NCBI RefSeq assembly: GCF_963921235.1 | Contig: NC_086097.1 | Location: forward strand, 18,788,001 to 18,852,000 | DNA: 64,000 nucleotides | Source: Mobula hypostoma | Taxonomy: Eukaryota | Reading direction: 5' to 3' | Shown: piece by piece, positions 36,030-49,882 of the stretch | Layout: every line of letters starts with the position of its first letter | How positions within the stretch are numbered: position 1 is the stretch's first letter | Position numbers and translations under genes: made by a program | Notes under the pieces: generated by a model | Databases searched by the model: none | Told to the model about the DNA's origin: nothing | What the model saw: the letters and a program-made list of their open reading frames with translations, nothing else

Positions 36030-37041
36030 TATATCATGAAAATTGTACTTTGTGGCAGCAGCACAGTGCAAGATATAAGAATGATTATGTTACCAAAATA
36101 AATAATGTAAAGGACAAATAATCATCTGGGTTTCATGGGTCTATGGGCCTTTCAGAAATCTGATGATGAAGGGGAAGAAGCTGTTCTAAACACATTGGGT
36201 GTGGATCTTCTGTACCTTCTCCATGATGGTAGTAAGGAAAATTTTATATGTCCTGGATGGTGAAGGTCCTTATGATGGATGTTACCTTCTTGAGGCACTG
36301 TCTATTGAAGATGTCCTTGCTGGAGTGGAGGGTTGTGCCCATGTTGGACCAGACTGAGTCTACAGCCCTCTGCAGTTTCTTTGGATCCTGCAGGTTGGAG
36401 GCTCAATGCCAGGCTGAGATACTACCAGTCAGAATGCTCTCCACCTTACTATATCTGTAGTAATTGGCAATTGTCTTGCCTTGAGCTTGGATCTGCAGGA
36501 AGATACGTGACAACCAAATCTTCTCAAGTTCCAAAATGATGTACATCCCCTGGCTGCCTACTTTATGACTGCATGAATGTGCTGGGCTCAGAGTAAATCC
36601 ACTGAGCTGCTGATGCCCAGGCACTTGAATTTGCTTGAGACTGGGAGCATGTTGTTCTCTCTGTATCAATAGTTTGTGTTTGAATTTTTAACCAGTTGGT
36701 CAGCAGTGTCTACATCTCAACAATGTACCTATTTCTCATACAATCAGCCTGTAACAAGCAACATGTGCAAATAGTTTCAGAGTACTCGCTACCTGATTGA
36801 TGACAAGGCTGCATTTTTTCTTTGAATACATGAAGGACAATGCTAACGGTAGGTTCTGGAAGGGTTTGGAACAGCTGCTGACTTTATTCTCTGTCCAATC
36901 ATGTGCAATCTCATTTTGCTGATGGGCTCTGTGTGTGCTTATACAGCAAGTCGCAATGCCAGTGGACCCTGCTGTGATCTATCATTGGACAACAACATGC
37001 ACTAAGTTAGCCCGGACATTTCCAAATAGGTTATGAGTCAA

Positions 37042-37264
37042 GCGACGCACACAAAATGCGGGGGGAACTCAGCAGGCCAGGTAGCATCAATGGAAAAGAG
37101 TACGTTGACGTTTCAGGCTGAGACCCTTCAGCAAGGCTGACTCTTTGAAGGATCTCGGCCCGAAACGTTGACTGTACTCTTTTCCATAGATGCTGTCTGA
37201 TCTGCTGAGTTCTCCTAGCATTTTGTGTGTATTGCTTGGATTTCCAGCATCTGCAGATTTTCTC
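37042..37264. mobile_element. Fold-back PLE pLTR insert
   Basis: Inverted arms; 15-bp TSD TAGGTTATGAGTCAA (37027-37041) / TAGGTTTTGAATCAA (37265-37279), 13 of 15 identical. Confidence 0.85.
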
Positions 37265-37424
37265 TAGGTTTTGAATCAAAATAGCTGAACTGGGAACCTC
37301 AGCTTGTATGACCAAGCCTGATAACCATTCAACTCAGTAGTGAACAAATGGATACACTTTTACAGGCAAGCAATATCCTGGAGGTGTAAGAGATGACTGC
37401 GAGAGCCTAAAACATTGTGAAAAT

Positions 37425-37712
37425 TTACTTATTTACTTACTTATTTATTTTGCAACCCTTCAAATCAAGCCACCCTAGCAAACTCAACAAACCTGATTAA
37501 CCCGAGCCTAATCACAGGACAAACTACAATGACCAATTAACCTACCCAGTACGTCTTTGGACTGTAGGAGGAAACCGGAGGACCTGGAGAAAACCCACAC
37601 ATTCCACAGGACGTACGGACACCCCTTACAGAACAGCACCAGAATTGAACTCCGAGCTCCGGAATGCCTTGAGCTGCAATAGTGTTGCGCTAACCGCTAT
37701 GTTACCATGGCA
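37425..37712 (-). mobile_element. V-SINE/HE1-like SINE
   Basis: Reverse-strand GTGGGTTTTCTCCAGGTCCTCCGGTTTCCTCC core, tRNA-like head, (TAAA)n tail. Confidence 0.85.
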
Positions 37713-38870
37713 ACACGTGTAAGCAAGTATAAAAGTGTAGTACTCCTGACAGAGATTGAACCAGAAGAAGATGGCATGTTGATAGATCTTCTGAAGCCAT
37801 GCAGGTCAACAGATGTGCAGAATCTGGCAGATAACTTTGATTTGAATTCATTGGAAACAATCAAAGGCTCTAGGTTCTGGAAAAGGAACCAGAAGTTGTA
37901 TGACAATGAGTGAAGTACTTCATTAAAAATTGTATCCTTAAATGATAGTTCCAACTAAAGCTTGCAATACCTGATGTTTCAGCTACAATGTCAAATGGAG
38001 TTGAGACTGGAGATGGCACCTAAGAGCGCAAGGGATTTTAACTCAATGCAATCAGCTCATGTGGTTGCATTTTGTAACTAGAAAGCTGTAGCAAAGTCCA
38101 AGGGTACAAAACCAGGGCTGCAAGGTACCAATGAGGGCAATTCCGTCCATCATTCTTGTTTTTCTAGCTGGTTTAAAGCAATCAAGTGTTTCAGTTGCAA
38201 AATGAAAAATCCCATTTAGACTGCCATTAGATCCAAATACAAGACAAGCAAAGAAAACAGTTTCAGCAACTATTCAAAATACAACCAGGAAGGAGGATTT
38301 CATAGTTCCACAGTTCATTTGGACAGTAATAAATTCAGATTTAATGTACCATAATCAGGGACAGCAACAAACTTTGACTAAAGATGCTAATTGATACTGT
38401 CACAAACTGTTTGACAATGTCAGACACTTGGTAAAAGATTCCACTAAATCGCATTGGCAGAACCTACCGTTGAATGTGTAGACGTACTATGCTGTTTGTT
38501 ACAGACTTCAGGGCAAATGACTGAGAACTACCCATAGAAGAGCACTGATTCAGCATCAGAGGGAGGTGGTATGCAGCAGCCAGAAGGAGTTTCTTATGCC
38601 GATGTTTGAGTGCCATTTTTGTTGTCATTCAGTAGCACAAAAGCATGGGAGAAGTCTACTTTTGTGAATACCTTGATTCTGCTATACCATTCACCCTGCA
38701 ATTTTACTTAGTAGTTTAGATATAATAGTCACAATAGCAACATACTGTATCAAGCCAGATTTGGTGGGGAAAAGCAGCCTGAGCAAACCAAAGCTAGACT
38801 GGGAGAGTGTATGCAGCACCAATGCATTAAAGTTGTACCCTGACACATTACTGGAAAAGTAGAAAAGTTC

Positions 38871-39390
38871 ACACTGTGGCCACTTTATTAGATACCTCAT
38901 GTGCCTAATAAAGTGGTACTGAGTCTGTTTCTGTATGTTCATTATCTTCTGCTCCTTTAACCCATCCACTGCGAGGTTAACCCACCCATTCACAGATGTT
39001 TTTCTGCACACCACTATTGTAACACATGGTTATTTGAGTTACTGTCTCCTTCCTGTCAGCTTGAACCAGTCTGGCTATTACCCTCTGAACTTTCTCATTA
39101 ACAAAGTGATTTTGCCCACAAAACTGGATGTTTTTTTTTTGTTTTTCGCGCCATTTTCTGTAAACTCTAGATTCTGCTGTATGTGAAAATCCCATGTTTC
39201 TGAGATGCATGGTCAACGTCACTTAAATCACATTTCTTCCCCATTCTGTTGTTTGGTCTGAACAACAACTGAACCTCTTGACCATGTCTGCATGCTCTTA
39301 TGCACTGAGTTGCTGCCATGTAATTGGCAGGTCATATATTTGCATAAGTAAGTAGGTATGGAGGTGTACGGTACATAATAAAGTGGTAGT
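38871..39390 (-). mobile_element. Second copy of the non-autonomous Tc1-type element
   Basis: Reverse-complement similarity to 35506-36029; GTGGCCACTTTATTAG / TAATAAAGTGG ends. Confidence 0.8.
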
Positions 39391-39639
39391 AAACCTTATT
39401 CTGACTCCATGCCTAATGATAAACCACCTGAACTTGGAAATGGCTGAAAACACTTCACTATATTAAGCAGTGCAGCATTGTGGGCTGAAGTGCTTGTTCC
39501 TGGGCTGTCCTGTTTCATATTTGAACATTTTTGATGTTGGATATGCAGTTAACAGGACAACACAGAAAGAAGCCCCTCTGTCTGTCTTACTGGACGGAGC
39601 ATGATTCCAATCTAACTAACCCCATTTTATAGTGCAAGT

Positions 39640-41075
39640 CCATCACCATCATCTTTAGGTGCCATGTCATATGACGTGGGCGATCCTGGTCTCATGACCA
39701 CGATTGTTCTTGGCAAGTTTTCCAGCAGAAGCGGTTTTCCATTGTCTTCTCAAGCAACCACACACAAGATGCTGGGGGAACTCAGCAGGCCAGGCAGCAC
39801 CTATGGGGAAAGAGCAAACAGTCAGTGTTTTGGTCCGAGACCCTTCATCAGGACTGGAAAATAAGTTTGAGAAGTTAGAGCAATAAGGTGGGGGGAGGGG
39901 AGGAAGAAGTACAAGGCGGTAAGTGAGAGGTGAAACCGGGACAGGGGGGACGGGTGAAGGAAACAGCTGGGAAGTTGATAGGTGGAAGAGATAAAAGGCT
40001 GGAGAAAGGGGAATCTGATGGAGAGGATAGAAGACCATGGAAGAAACTGAAGGGACGGGAGCACCAAACTGAGGTGACAGGCAGGTAAAGAGATGAGGTA
40101 AAAGAGGAAAAAGGGAATGGGAATGATGAAGATGGGGGGGTGTAGGAAGCAATTACCAGAAGTTCAAGAAATCGATGTCCATACCATGGGGTTGGAGGCT
40201 ACCCAGACGAAATACAATATGTTGCTCCTCCAACCTGAGTGTAGCCTCATTGCAGCAGTACAGGAGGCCATAGACTAACATGCTGGAATACGAATGGGAA
40301 GTAGAAGTGAAATGGGTGGCCACCAGGACATCCTGCTTTTTCTGGCGGACACGGCAAAGCAGTCTCCCAACCTATGTTGGGTCTCACCACGAGCACCAGA
40401 TACAGTAGATAACCCCAACAGACTCGCAGGTGAAGGACTGTTTGGGAAGGATAGTGAGGGAGGAGGTGCAGGGGCAGGTATGGCACTTGTTCTGCTTGCA
40501 AGGATAAGTACCAGGAGGGAGATCAGTGAGGAGAGATGAATGAACAAGGTTGTCACATAAGGGGACGATCCCTGCAGAAAGCACAAAGTGGGAGGAGAGG
40601 GAAAGATGTGCTTGGTGCTGGGATCCCATTGGAGATGGTAGAAGTTACAGAGAATTATTTGTTGGACCCGGATGCTACTGGGGTGGTAAGTGAGGACAAG
40701 AGGAGCCTTATCCCTGGTGGGGTGGTAGGAGGACTGGGTGAGGGAAGATGTGCATGAAATGGAAGAGATGCAGGTAAGGACAGAATTAATGGTGGATGAA
40801 GGAAAGCCCATTCTCCTTCTTCAAAGAAAGGGGTTTTCCTACCTCCACCATCAGTGACCCCAGCCATTATCAATACTCTTCGGAGGTTGTCTGCCTGTCA
40901 TCAGTCATGTGCTCATATGACCATCCACCACCTGTTTCCATGGCTTCATGTGATCCTGATGGCCGGGGGGTGGGGGGGACGGGGGGAGCTAAACATTTGC
41001 TACATCTTGCCCAAGCGTGACCTGCGGGCTAACAGAGGAAAGGAAAGGAGTACATTCTCCCTACACCCCCTTTGG
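39640..41075 (-). mobile_element. RTE/BovB-tailed SINE (39640-39750 and 40853-41075) split by a PLE
   Basis: Minus strand AGAAGACAATGGAAAACCGCTTCTG..CTTGCCAAGAA resembles the BovB/Sauria-SINE GAAGGCAATGGCAAACCACT motif; (GAT)n tail. Confidence 0.5.
39751..40852 (-). mobile_element. Penelope-like element 3' part (decayed GIY-YIG endonuclease plus pLTR)
   Basis: PLVLTYHP, PGTYPCK..KCHTCP, VIYCIWCS; colinear with 54424-55500. Confidence 0.9.
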
Positions 41076-41085
41076 TATAGATGTA

Positions 41086-41570
41086 CAGTACTATGCAAAA
41101 GTCTTAGGTACATATATATAGGTGGGGTGCCTAGTTGCACAGTGTTGTATTTGTCAAAGTGGAGAGGAAAGCAAGTTTGTAAATCTGGTGGGAACAAAGG
41201 ATGTTCTGAATGGCAAGGGCAGAACACCCTGGGAGGGGTGTGGGACAGGAGGCAGTGAAGGAATGCCAAGGTGTGGGGGCTGGCGCGGGTGCAGACACAC
41301 CCAGACCTGAGTCTCCAGGCAAGGTAATTTGATTCCAAACAATTGGTTTATTAATTATTACAGAATGTATCTCTGGTGCTTCCTGCTCCCTCCCTTCTCC
41401 CTCCCCGCTTCCCACTCTCAGCTCACAATAGAGAATCCCATATCAGAATCCGGTTTATCATCACTCACAGATGTCATGAAATTTATCTTTTTTGCAACAT
41501 GAAATTATTGTGCAAAAAGTCTTTGGTGCCTTAGCTATATATACGTGCCTAAGACTTTTGCACAGTGCTC
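41086..41570. mobile_element. Tc1-type MITE
   Basis: TIRs CAGTACTATGCAAAAGTCTTAGGTACATATATATAG / CTATATATACGTGCCTAAGACTTTTGCACAGTGCTC flanked by TA. Confidence 0.85.
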
Positions 41571-41594
41571 TATCTCCACCCCGACACCCGTAGC

Positions 41595-42240
41595 TCACTG
41601 AAAATAGTAGCACAAGCAGGCAGGCTGGTCAAGATGGCGAATAACGTGCTTGCTTTCATTGACCACAGTGTTGAGCATAGGAGTCGGAAAGCTGTGTTAG
41701 ATTTTGTTCAGTGCACAACTGGAGTATAGTGTGCATTTACAGTCACCATATCACGGGAAGGATGTGGAGCTTTTGAAGAGGGTACAGATTGCGTTGCCTG
41801 GGTGAGAGAGCATTAGCTATAAGGAGAAGTTGGACTAGCTTGGATTGTTTTCTCTGGAAGTGAGGGGTGCCCTGATAAAAGTTCATCCAATTATGAGAAG
41901 CACAGACAGGATAAAGAGTCAGAATCTTTCTCCCAGGATTGAAATGTCAGATGCCAGAGGGCATAGCTTTACAATGAGAAGGAGAAAGCTTAGTGAAGAT
42001 TTATATGGCAAATTTTTATACAGAAAGTAGTAGGTGCCTGCAACATCTTGCCAGGGGATGTGATGGAATCAGATACAACAGTAAAGTTCTTGAGGCATTT
42101 AAACAGAGATGTGAACAGGCTGGGGTTGGAGGGACACAGACCATGTGAAAACAGATGTGATTGTTTTAAATTGACATCATGGGTGGGACAGACATCATGG
42201 TTCGAAGGACCTATCCTGTGCTCCACTGTTCTATGGTATA
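41595..42240 (+). mobile_element. Degenerate CR1 3' end
   Basis: LEY.V.F.SP, LGLFSLE, ARGHSF motifs and 3' UTR. Confidence 0.8.
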
Positions 42241-42445
42241 TCTGCCTGTACATGGTCTATATCTCTCTATCTTTCCTTTTTCTTGTGCCTATCTGAGAGC
42301 TTCTTGATCATTTTTGTTATATTTGATTCTACCACCTCCTCTGGCAGTGTGCCCAGGATCCTAACATTACCTGTGCAAAAACCTGCCTCCCATTTCTCTT
42401 TTATACTTCCCCACCCCGACCTTAAACCTATGCCTTCCAGTATTT

Positions 42446-42781
42446 AAAAACGCAAACACGAGGAAATCTGCAGATGCTGGAATTTTAGGCAACACACATA
42501 AAAATTGCTGGTGAACGCAGCAGGCCAGGCAGCATCTCTAGGAAGAGGTACAGTCAACGCTTCGGGCCGAGACCCTTCGTCAGGACTAACTGAAGGAAGA
42601 GTTAGTAAGAGATTTGAAAGTGGGAGGGGGAGTGGGAGATCCAAAATAATAGGAGAAGACAGGAGGGGGAGGGATGAAGCCAAGAGATGGACAGATGAAT
42701 GGCAAAAGGGACATGAGAGGATCATGGGACAGGAGGCCCAGGGAGAAGGGGGAGGGGGGAGAAAGCCCAGAGGATGGGCAC
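42446..42781 (-). mobile_element. PLE pLTR inserted in a CR1 fragment
   Basis: Near-identical to 54424-54680; hammerhead-like core at 42550-42590 (GAAGC variant). Confidence 0.88.
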
Positions 42782-42944
42782 CCTGCCTTTCTTTTCCTCC
42801 GAACAACTGAAAATTGCCTCCCCTTGTATTAGCCATTTCCCATCCTGGGACAAAGTCTCTGGCTGTGCACTGTGTCTTATCAACATGATCGCTTCTCATC
42901 CTCCTTTGCTCTAAAGGGAAAAGCCCTAGTTCATTCATGCAAGT

Positions 42945-43232
42945 TTATTAATTTTTTTTTTATTTGGCGGTATGGCACAGTACAGGTACTTGCGGCCTAG
43001 CAACCTATCTATTTAACCCTAGCCTAATCACAGGACAATTTACAATGACTAATTAACCTGCTAACCGGTACATCTTCAGAATGTGGGAGGAAACTGGAGC
43101 ACCCTGAGAAAACCCACAGGATCATGGGAAGACCATGTCAATTCCTCGAAGAAGGCGCCAGAATTGAACTCTGATCTCCAGAACACCCCGTGGTATAACA
43201 CTATTGCGCTAACCATCATGTTACCATGGCGC
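42945..43232 (-). mobile_element. V-SINE/HE1-like SINE
   Basis: Colinear with 37425-37712. Confidence 0.85.
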
Positions 43233-43781
43233 CTGGCAGATTTATGGATAATACTTAAATGTTTTCACTTTTTCTTCTTTGTATGGGATCGAAATCTATT
43301 AATTTGTCAATGAGGCAAGTGCATGATTACACTTCTTACCGTCTATAAAAGTATTTAAATGCCTTCAGAGCCAAGAGAGGTCTCTCAGCCTTGGTAAAGT
43401 GAAACTACCATGGATGTTTATTGGAGTAATTCCCATTTCTGTCAGGAGTCCTTGAAATACTATCAAGTTGGCTCACTGGGATAGCTGTGCTTAGATCTAA
43501 CCCTGTAGATAATCCCTTTCACCGCTATTTTTAGCTCATCAGCTGTATATCGCAAATCTTGGTATTTATAATCCTGTTTAACAGCCTTAGGTTTAATGCA
43601 AGTCAAATAAGAGCCAATAACTTTGAGATAGTGTAGAAGGTTAACTAACTCCTTGTGTTGTCTGGAGTATACGTAATCTTCAATTCACCGGTTGCCAGTA
43701 ACTGAATAGATCAACTTACTGAGTTTTATCCACTTTTACGTCTGATTAATTTAACCTGAGTCTCTTCTAGACCCAATGTAT

Positions 43782-44035
43782 GGGGTAGCATGGTAGCATA
43801 GGATTTAGCATAATGCAGTTGCAGTGCTCGCCTCCCAAGTTCAATTCTCACTCTGTCCCTAAGGAGTTTGTATGTTCTCCCCATGGCTGTGTAGGTTTCC
43901 TCTGGGTGCTACGATTTCCTCCCATATTTCAATTACATAGTCAGTTAATTGGTCACATAGGTGTAATTGGGCAGTATGGGCTCATTGGGCCAGAATAGCC
44001 TGTTACTCTGCTGTATCCCTAAAAATAAGTAAATA
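43782..44035 (+). mobile_element. V-SINE/HE1-like SINE
   Basis: GGAGTTTGTATGTTCTCCCC..GGTTTCCTCTGGGTGCT core. Confidence 0.8.
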
Positions 44036-44659
44036 TTATTCTAATGGCAGTGAAGTAGCGGCAATATGCATGCTCTAACTGAGACCATGATCTTCTTGTG
44101 TTTCCATCAATAAGATGGGGAAAGGAAATTCATACCTACACCATATTATTATTCAGGAATATCCACCAGAAGCTGTAGAACACATCAGTGAGCCAAATGA
44201 AAGTAAAGGCGAGCATCTGCCTCACTGTGTGTTGCTAGCCACTTTACAACAGTCCAACCCAATGTGATCATTTAAAAATAAAAGCTGCAAAACTCTGAAA
44301 CAAAAAAGAAAACGCTGGCAAACCAGGTCGGCCAGCATCTGCGGAAAAAGTAGCAGTCAGCATTTGGGTCTGCTTCACCCTGACCGAACAGTGCAACATG
44401 GAAGAGTATAGTAATGAGGCTGACTTCAACCACAACCAACTAGTGAAGCCAGAAACAACAAGAAACACCAGATCTAGCCATCCGTTCCATGGAGATAATG
44501 TTGTGAAAGCAAAAGTAAAAAGTCGCATGTCATGTCCCTTGCATAGTCCATCTAAACACATACCGGTCCGGATGAAGAGTCTTGACCAAGGGAGGTTAAT
44601 GGCCAATTTCCCTCTACAGATGCTGCCTGATCCCTTGAGTCCCTCGAGCACACAAGAGA

Positions 44660-45600
44660 TTTTCAAATGCTGAAAATCTTGAGTAAGACAGACAAAGTGT
44701 TGAAAGAATTCAATAGGTCAAGCAGCATCTACAGGGGGAAATGACCAGTTGACTTCTAGGGGGCTGACATGCTTCATCAGGATTGGAAAGAAAGAAGGCA
44801 GAAGCCAGAATGAAAACATATGGGGAGAGGGAAGAGCATCAGCTGGCAGGTGATGGGTAGGACCAAGTGAGTGAGAAGGTAGGCAGGTGGCAGAGAGAGA
44901 TGGAAAGGGAATGATGTAAGAGGTCAGAAGGTGAATGTGAAAGAGGGAAAGGGTAGAAGAAGGAGGAATGGGATCAGAGAGGGCAGAAGATCCTCTTTGA
45001 ATTGAAGGAGGCAGGGAACCAGTGGGAGGTTATTAGGGTAGAGGGGAAGAGCAGGGGTGAGAGGGCAACCAGATGAGGGAAAACAAAGGCAGGGTATAAA
45101 CAGAGGGGGATAGTTACCAGAAGTTAAAGAAATCGATGCTCATGCCACCAGGTTGGAGACCACCTAAGTATGAGGTGCTGCTCCTCTAACCTGCATTAGG
45201 CCACATCATGGCAGTAGAGGAGACCATGGACAGACACCTCAGTATGGGAATAGGAAATGGAATTCAAATGGGGGGGGGGGCCATCGGGAGATCCTGACTG
45301 TTGTAGCAGATAGAGCAAATGTACTTGACGAAGCAGCCCCTCAATTTGCATTGAGTCTCACCGATGTAGAAGAGTCCATACTGGGAGCAACTGATGCAAC
45401 AAATGACCCTGACGTTTACTGCTCCCCCACATACCCACCTTGTTCTTCACCTGGACTCATCTATCACCTTCCCCAACTTTTATATTCTGGCTCCTACCAC
45501 CTTCTTTTCCAGTCTTGATGGAAACATCAACTGTTGATTCCCCACCATAGATGCTGTCTGACTTGCTGAGTTCCTCAAATATCTTGTGTGTGTTGTTCAA
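44660..45600 (-). mobile_element. Degenerate PLE 3' part with inverted pLTR piece (45420-45600)
   Basis: Purine-rich pLTR, LEEQHL-like sequence near 45170-45190, then the pLTR in opposite orientation. Confidence 0.75.
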
Positions 45601-45694
45601 GAGTTTCTCCTGTAGTTTGTTCTTTGCTTCAGGTTCCATGATCTTCAATTTCTTGTGTCTCCACACACCTTTTGTTTGCTCAGTCACATATCCA

Positions 45695-45987
45695 CATGAA
45701 TTTTCACTCCACCAGGTTCAAGAACAGTTACTACCCCTAAATCATCAGGCTTTGAACATGAGGTGATAACTACACTCATTTAAGGATTCTTTTAACTTGC
45801 TACTTCAAGCTTGTTATCTATTCCTATTTATTTCTATCTACATTTGCACAGTTTGTTGCTCATTGATCCTATTTATAACTATTTCTCCATAGATTTACTA
45901 AGTATGCCGGCAGAAAAAGAAGCTCAGGGTTGTATGTTGTGAAATGTATGTACTCTGATAATAAATTTTACTTTTAACTTTGAATTT
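45695..45987 (+). mobile_element. Rex1-type LINE 3' end
   Basis: STRFKNSYYP.IIRLLN ORF end, then 3' UTR CTCAGGGTTGTAT..GATAATAAATTTTACTTTTAACTTTGAA. Confidence 0.8.
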
Positions 45988-46289
45988 TGGTGGATGGCAG
46001 AGGTGCAAAGAGATGGCAGGGACTGTTAATGGTTAAGATATACACTTCAGATAAGTAAAACTTTACAGCAATCCACCCTTTAAACTGTCCATTGATTCCT
46101 CCCTCGACTACTTGGTGCGCTGCTTTCTTCTCCAATTGGTCTTGAGTGGATGGTGCAGACTCCAGCCAAGAATGGTGAGCAACTTCCTGGAGAAAGGCTC
46201 AGGGGATAAACCTCCCTGGCCCATTACGTGATGCCATGACCATTTATCCAGCCTCATCATCTGGAAACTTCCATCCAATTGCTAAAATT

Positions 46290-46750
46290 GGGCATAATTT
46301 TAAGATGATTGGAGGAAAGTATAGGGGGACTGTTCCAGGAAGGATTTTTACACAGAGAGTGATGGATGCATGGAACACTTTTCTGGGCTGGTGGTAGAGG
46401 CAGATACATTAGAGACATTTAAGAGTGTCTTAGGCACACGGATGAGAGAAAAATAGAAGTCTGTGTGAGAGGAAAGCATTCAATTGACTTTGGAATAGGT
46501 TAAAAATTTGGCATAACATCGTGCACCAAAGAGACTACACTGTTCTATACTCTATGTTCCATGCTCTATCAACTTTTTGAACTCTGCAGTTAAAATTATG
46601 GTTAGTTAGCTGTTTGTATTGACCAGGTGATCTGTTTGTAGCAATGATTACTGATTGTGGATGATCAGCCATGATCACAGTGAACGGCGGTGCTGGCTCG
46701 AAGGGTCGAATGGCCTACTCTTGCACCTATTGTCTATTGTCTATTATTAT
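46290..46750 (+). mobile_element. Two CR1 3' ends (46290-46570; 46655-46745)
   Basis: Second piece is the reverse complement of 740-802, including the (CTATTGT)n tail. Confidence 0.8.
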
Positions 46751-47826
46751 TACGACGTCAACTCAGACCTAGGGGGCCGGCGCCAAGCAATGATTAGATG
46801 CTTCAAACTACAGACCACAGGATGACCATGAACAAAACTGGAGAGCAATAGCTACAGAGAGTGTCTTGAAGAACAGTCTCAGCTTGAAACATCAGCTGTT
46901 TATTAATTGCCATAGATGTTGCCTGATCTACTGAGTTCCTCCAGTATTTTGAGTGTGTAGCTAGTTGGAGAGAGAGTGCTATACTTTTCTACGTCCTATG
47001 TTCCTCTCTTTATTCTGTTGATTTCAGGTATTGGCCACAAACTAAAATCAAAACAAGATGGATATACTCAGGATTTCAGGCTGCTAAATTTATTAACTCC
47101 GCTTCCTGCTCCATTGATGCAAGCTGTCTCTATTGTTTGCTGTTCCAATTTCACATCTTCAGCATCCACAGAATTTTGAACTCATTATGAGTGTTCTTCA
47201 CATCATTTACATGTGACACTTCATCCCGTCCATGGCAAAGGATCAGGAATAGATAACAAGTTACATTTTCGAGGCTGGAGAAGGCACTTACCCCCTTTTG
47301 TAGAGATTAAGGGCACAAAATCCTTTAATATGGATGAAAGTCTGAAATTCCCTTGGGTCCATTTGGCTGACAGCAGGCAGCCATAGGGACAGCTGTCCTG
47401 AAATATTCATCGCTGGGTGACCTCACACACACACATACAAGCCATCTGTCAACCCTTTTGGTGAGTGATAATATATGGGTGTTTGGACCAAAAGCAAAGC
47501 AGAGAGGCATCTCAGGAATTAATTGGTAATTAACAGGAATTTACTGTGCTGTAAAAAAATTTCCCAGATCTTTCACAGATGATTGGCTAAGGTTTTTTAA
47601 ATGAGGAGTGATGTTCAAGTAATTAGGGACAGCCTTTTTCCACTGTTGGTGGGGCATTTGTCCAGTTGAATTCTACTGGCAAAAGAATAAGAGCAGTGGC
47701 CAAGAGAAATCATTTCCTGATCGATTTAGTCACCATTACCATTGTACAACTTGAAAGGGTGAAGGGAGCATATTCAATTGCAACTTTCCAAAGTGATTTG
47801 GATGTATATTTGAAAAGCAAAGTATT

Positions 47827-49677
47827 ATAGAAACATAGAAACATAGAAACATAGAAAATAGGTGCAGGAGTAGGCCATTCGGCCCTTTGAGCCTGCACCG
47901 CCATTTATTATGATCACGGCTGATCATCCAACTCAGAACCCAGCCTTCCCTCCATACCCCCTGACCCCTGTAGCCACAAGGGCCATATCTAACTTCCTTT
48001 TAAACATAGCTAATGAACTGGCCTCAACAGTTTGCTGTGGCAGAGAATTCCACAGATTCACCACTCTCTGTGTGAAGGAGTTTTTCCTAATCTCGGTCCT
48101 AAAAGGCTTCCCCTTTATCCTCAAACTGTGACCCATCGTTCTGGACTCCCCCCAACATCGGGAACAATCTTCCTGCATCTAGCCTCTCCAATCCCTTTAG
48201 GATTTTATACGTTTCAATCAGATCCCCCCTCAATCTTCTAAATTCCAACGAGTACAATCCCAGTTCATCCAGTCTTTCTTCATATGAAAGTCCTGCCATC
48301 CCAGGAATCAATCTGGTGAACCTTCTTTGTACTCCCTCTATGGCAAGGATGTCTTTCCTCAGATTAGGGGACCAAAACTGCACACAATACTCCAGGTGTG
48401 GTCTCACCAAGGCCTTGTACAACTGCAGTAGTACCTCCCTGCTCCTGTACTCGAATCCTCTCGCTATAAATGCCAGCATACCATTCACCTTTTTCACCGC
48501 CTGCTGTACCTGCATGCCCACTTTCAATGACTGGTGTATAATGACACCCAGGTCTCGTTGCATCTCCCCTTTTCCTAATCGGCCACCATTCAGATAATAA
48601 TCTGTTTTCCTATTTTTGCCACCAAAGTGGATAACTTCACATTTATCCACATTGAATTGCATCTGCCATGAATTTGCCCACTCACCCAACCTATCCAAGT
48701 CACTCTGCATCCTCTTAGCATCCTCCTCACAGCTAACACTGCCACCCAGCTTCGTGTCATCTGCAAACTTGGAGATGCTGCATTTAATTCCCTCATCCAA
48801 GTCATTAATATATATTGTAAACAATTGGGGTCCCAGCACTGAGCCTTGCGGTACCCCACTAGTCACCGCCTGCCATTCTGAAAGGGTCCCGTTTATTCCC
48901 ACTCTTTGCTTCCTGTCTGCCAACCAATTCTCTATCCACATCAATACCTTACCCCCAATACCGTGTGCTTTAAGTTTGCACACTAATCTCCTGTGTGGGA
49001 CCTTGTCAAAAGCCTTTTGAAAATCCAAATATACCACATCCACTGGTTCTCCCCTATCCACTCTACTAGTTACATCCTCAAAAAATTCTATGAGATTCGT
49101 CAGACATGATTTTCCTTTCACAAATCCATGCTGACTTTGTCCGATCATTTCACCACTTTCCAAATGTGCTGTTATCACATCTTTGATAACTGACTCCAGC
49201 AGTTTCCCCACCACCGACGTTAGGCTAACCGGTCTATAATTCCCCGTTTCTCTCTCCCTCCTTTTTTAAAAAGTGGGGTTACATTAGCCACCCTCCAATC
49301 CTCAGGAACTAGTCCAGAATCTAACGAGTTTTGAAAAATTATCACTAATGCATCCACTATTTCTTGGGCTACTTCCTTAAGCACTCTGGGATGCAGACCA
49401 TCTGGCCCTGGGGATTTATCTGCCTTCAATCCCTTCAATTTACCTAACACCACTTCCCTACTAACATGTATTTCCCTCAGTTCCTCCATCTCACTGGACC
49501 CTCTGTCCCCTACTATTTCTGGAAGATTATTTATGTCCTCCTTAGTGAAGACAGAACCAAAGTAATTATTCAATTGGTCTGCCATGTCCTTGCTCCCCAT
49601 AATCAATTCACCTGTTTCGGTCTGTAGGGGACCTACATTTGTCTTTACCAGTCTTTTCTTTTTTACATATCTATAAA
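47827..49677 (-). mobile_element. Young CR1 LINE, 5'-truncated
   Basis: ORFs 49220-49677 and 48099-49214 (371 aa RT with YLDFQKAFD, SGVPQGS, KFADDTK), about two frameshifts; (AGAAACAT)n tail. Confidence 0.96.
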
Positions 49678-49694
49678 AGCAAATATCCCAGGGT

Positions 49695-49882
49695 AACACA
49701 CACAAAATGCTGGAGGAACTCCACAAGTCAGGCAACACTGAAAGAGAGGAATAAAACAGCTGACATTTCGGGCTGAGACCATTCATCAGAACTGTATATT
49801 CCTCCCTGTATTCCTGCCTGACCTACTGACCTCCTCCAACATTTTGTGTGTGTGGCGCATCTGCAGAATCTCTTGTGTTTAT
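49695..49882. mobile_element. Fold-back PLE pLTR insert
   Basis: Inverted arms ACACACACAAAATGCTGGAGGA / TCCTCCAACATTTTGTGTGTGT; 13-bp TSD AATATCCCAGGGT (49682-49694) / AATATTCCAGGGT (49883-49895). Confidence 0.8.

Noticed and set aside
1066..49020. Many antisense ORFs over CR1 copies (e.g. 1066-1350, 17590-18090, 48316-49020)
   Set aside because: Shadow frames of LINE ORF2 with no independent protein signal.
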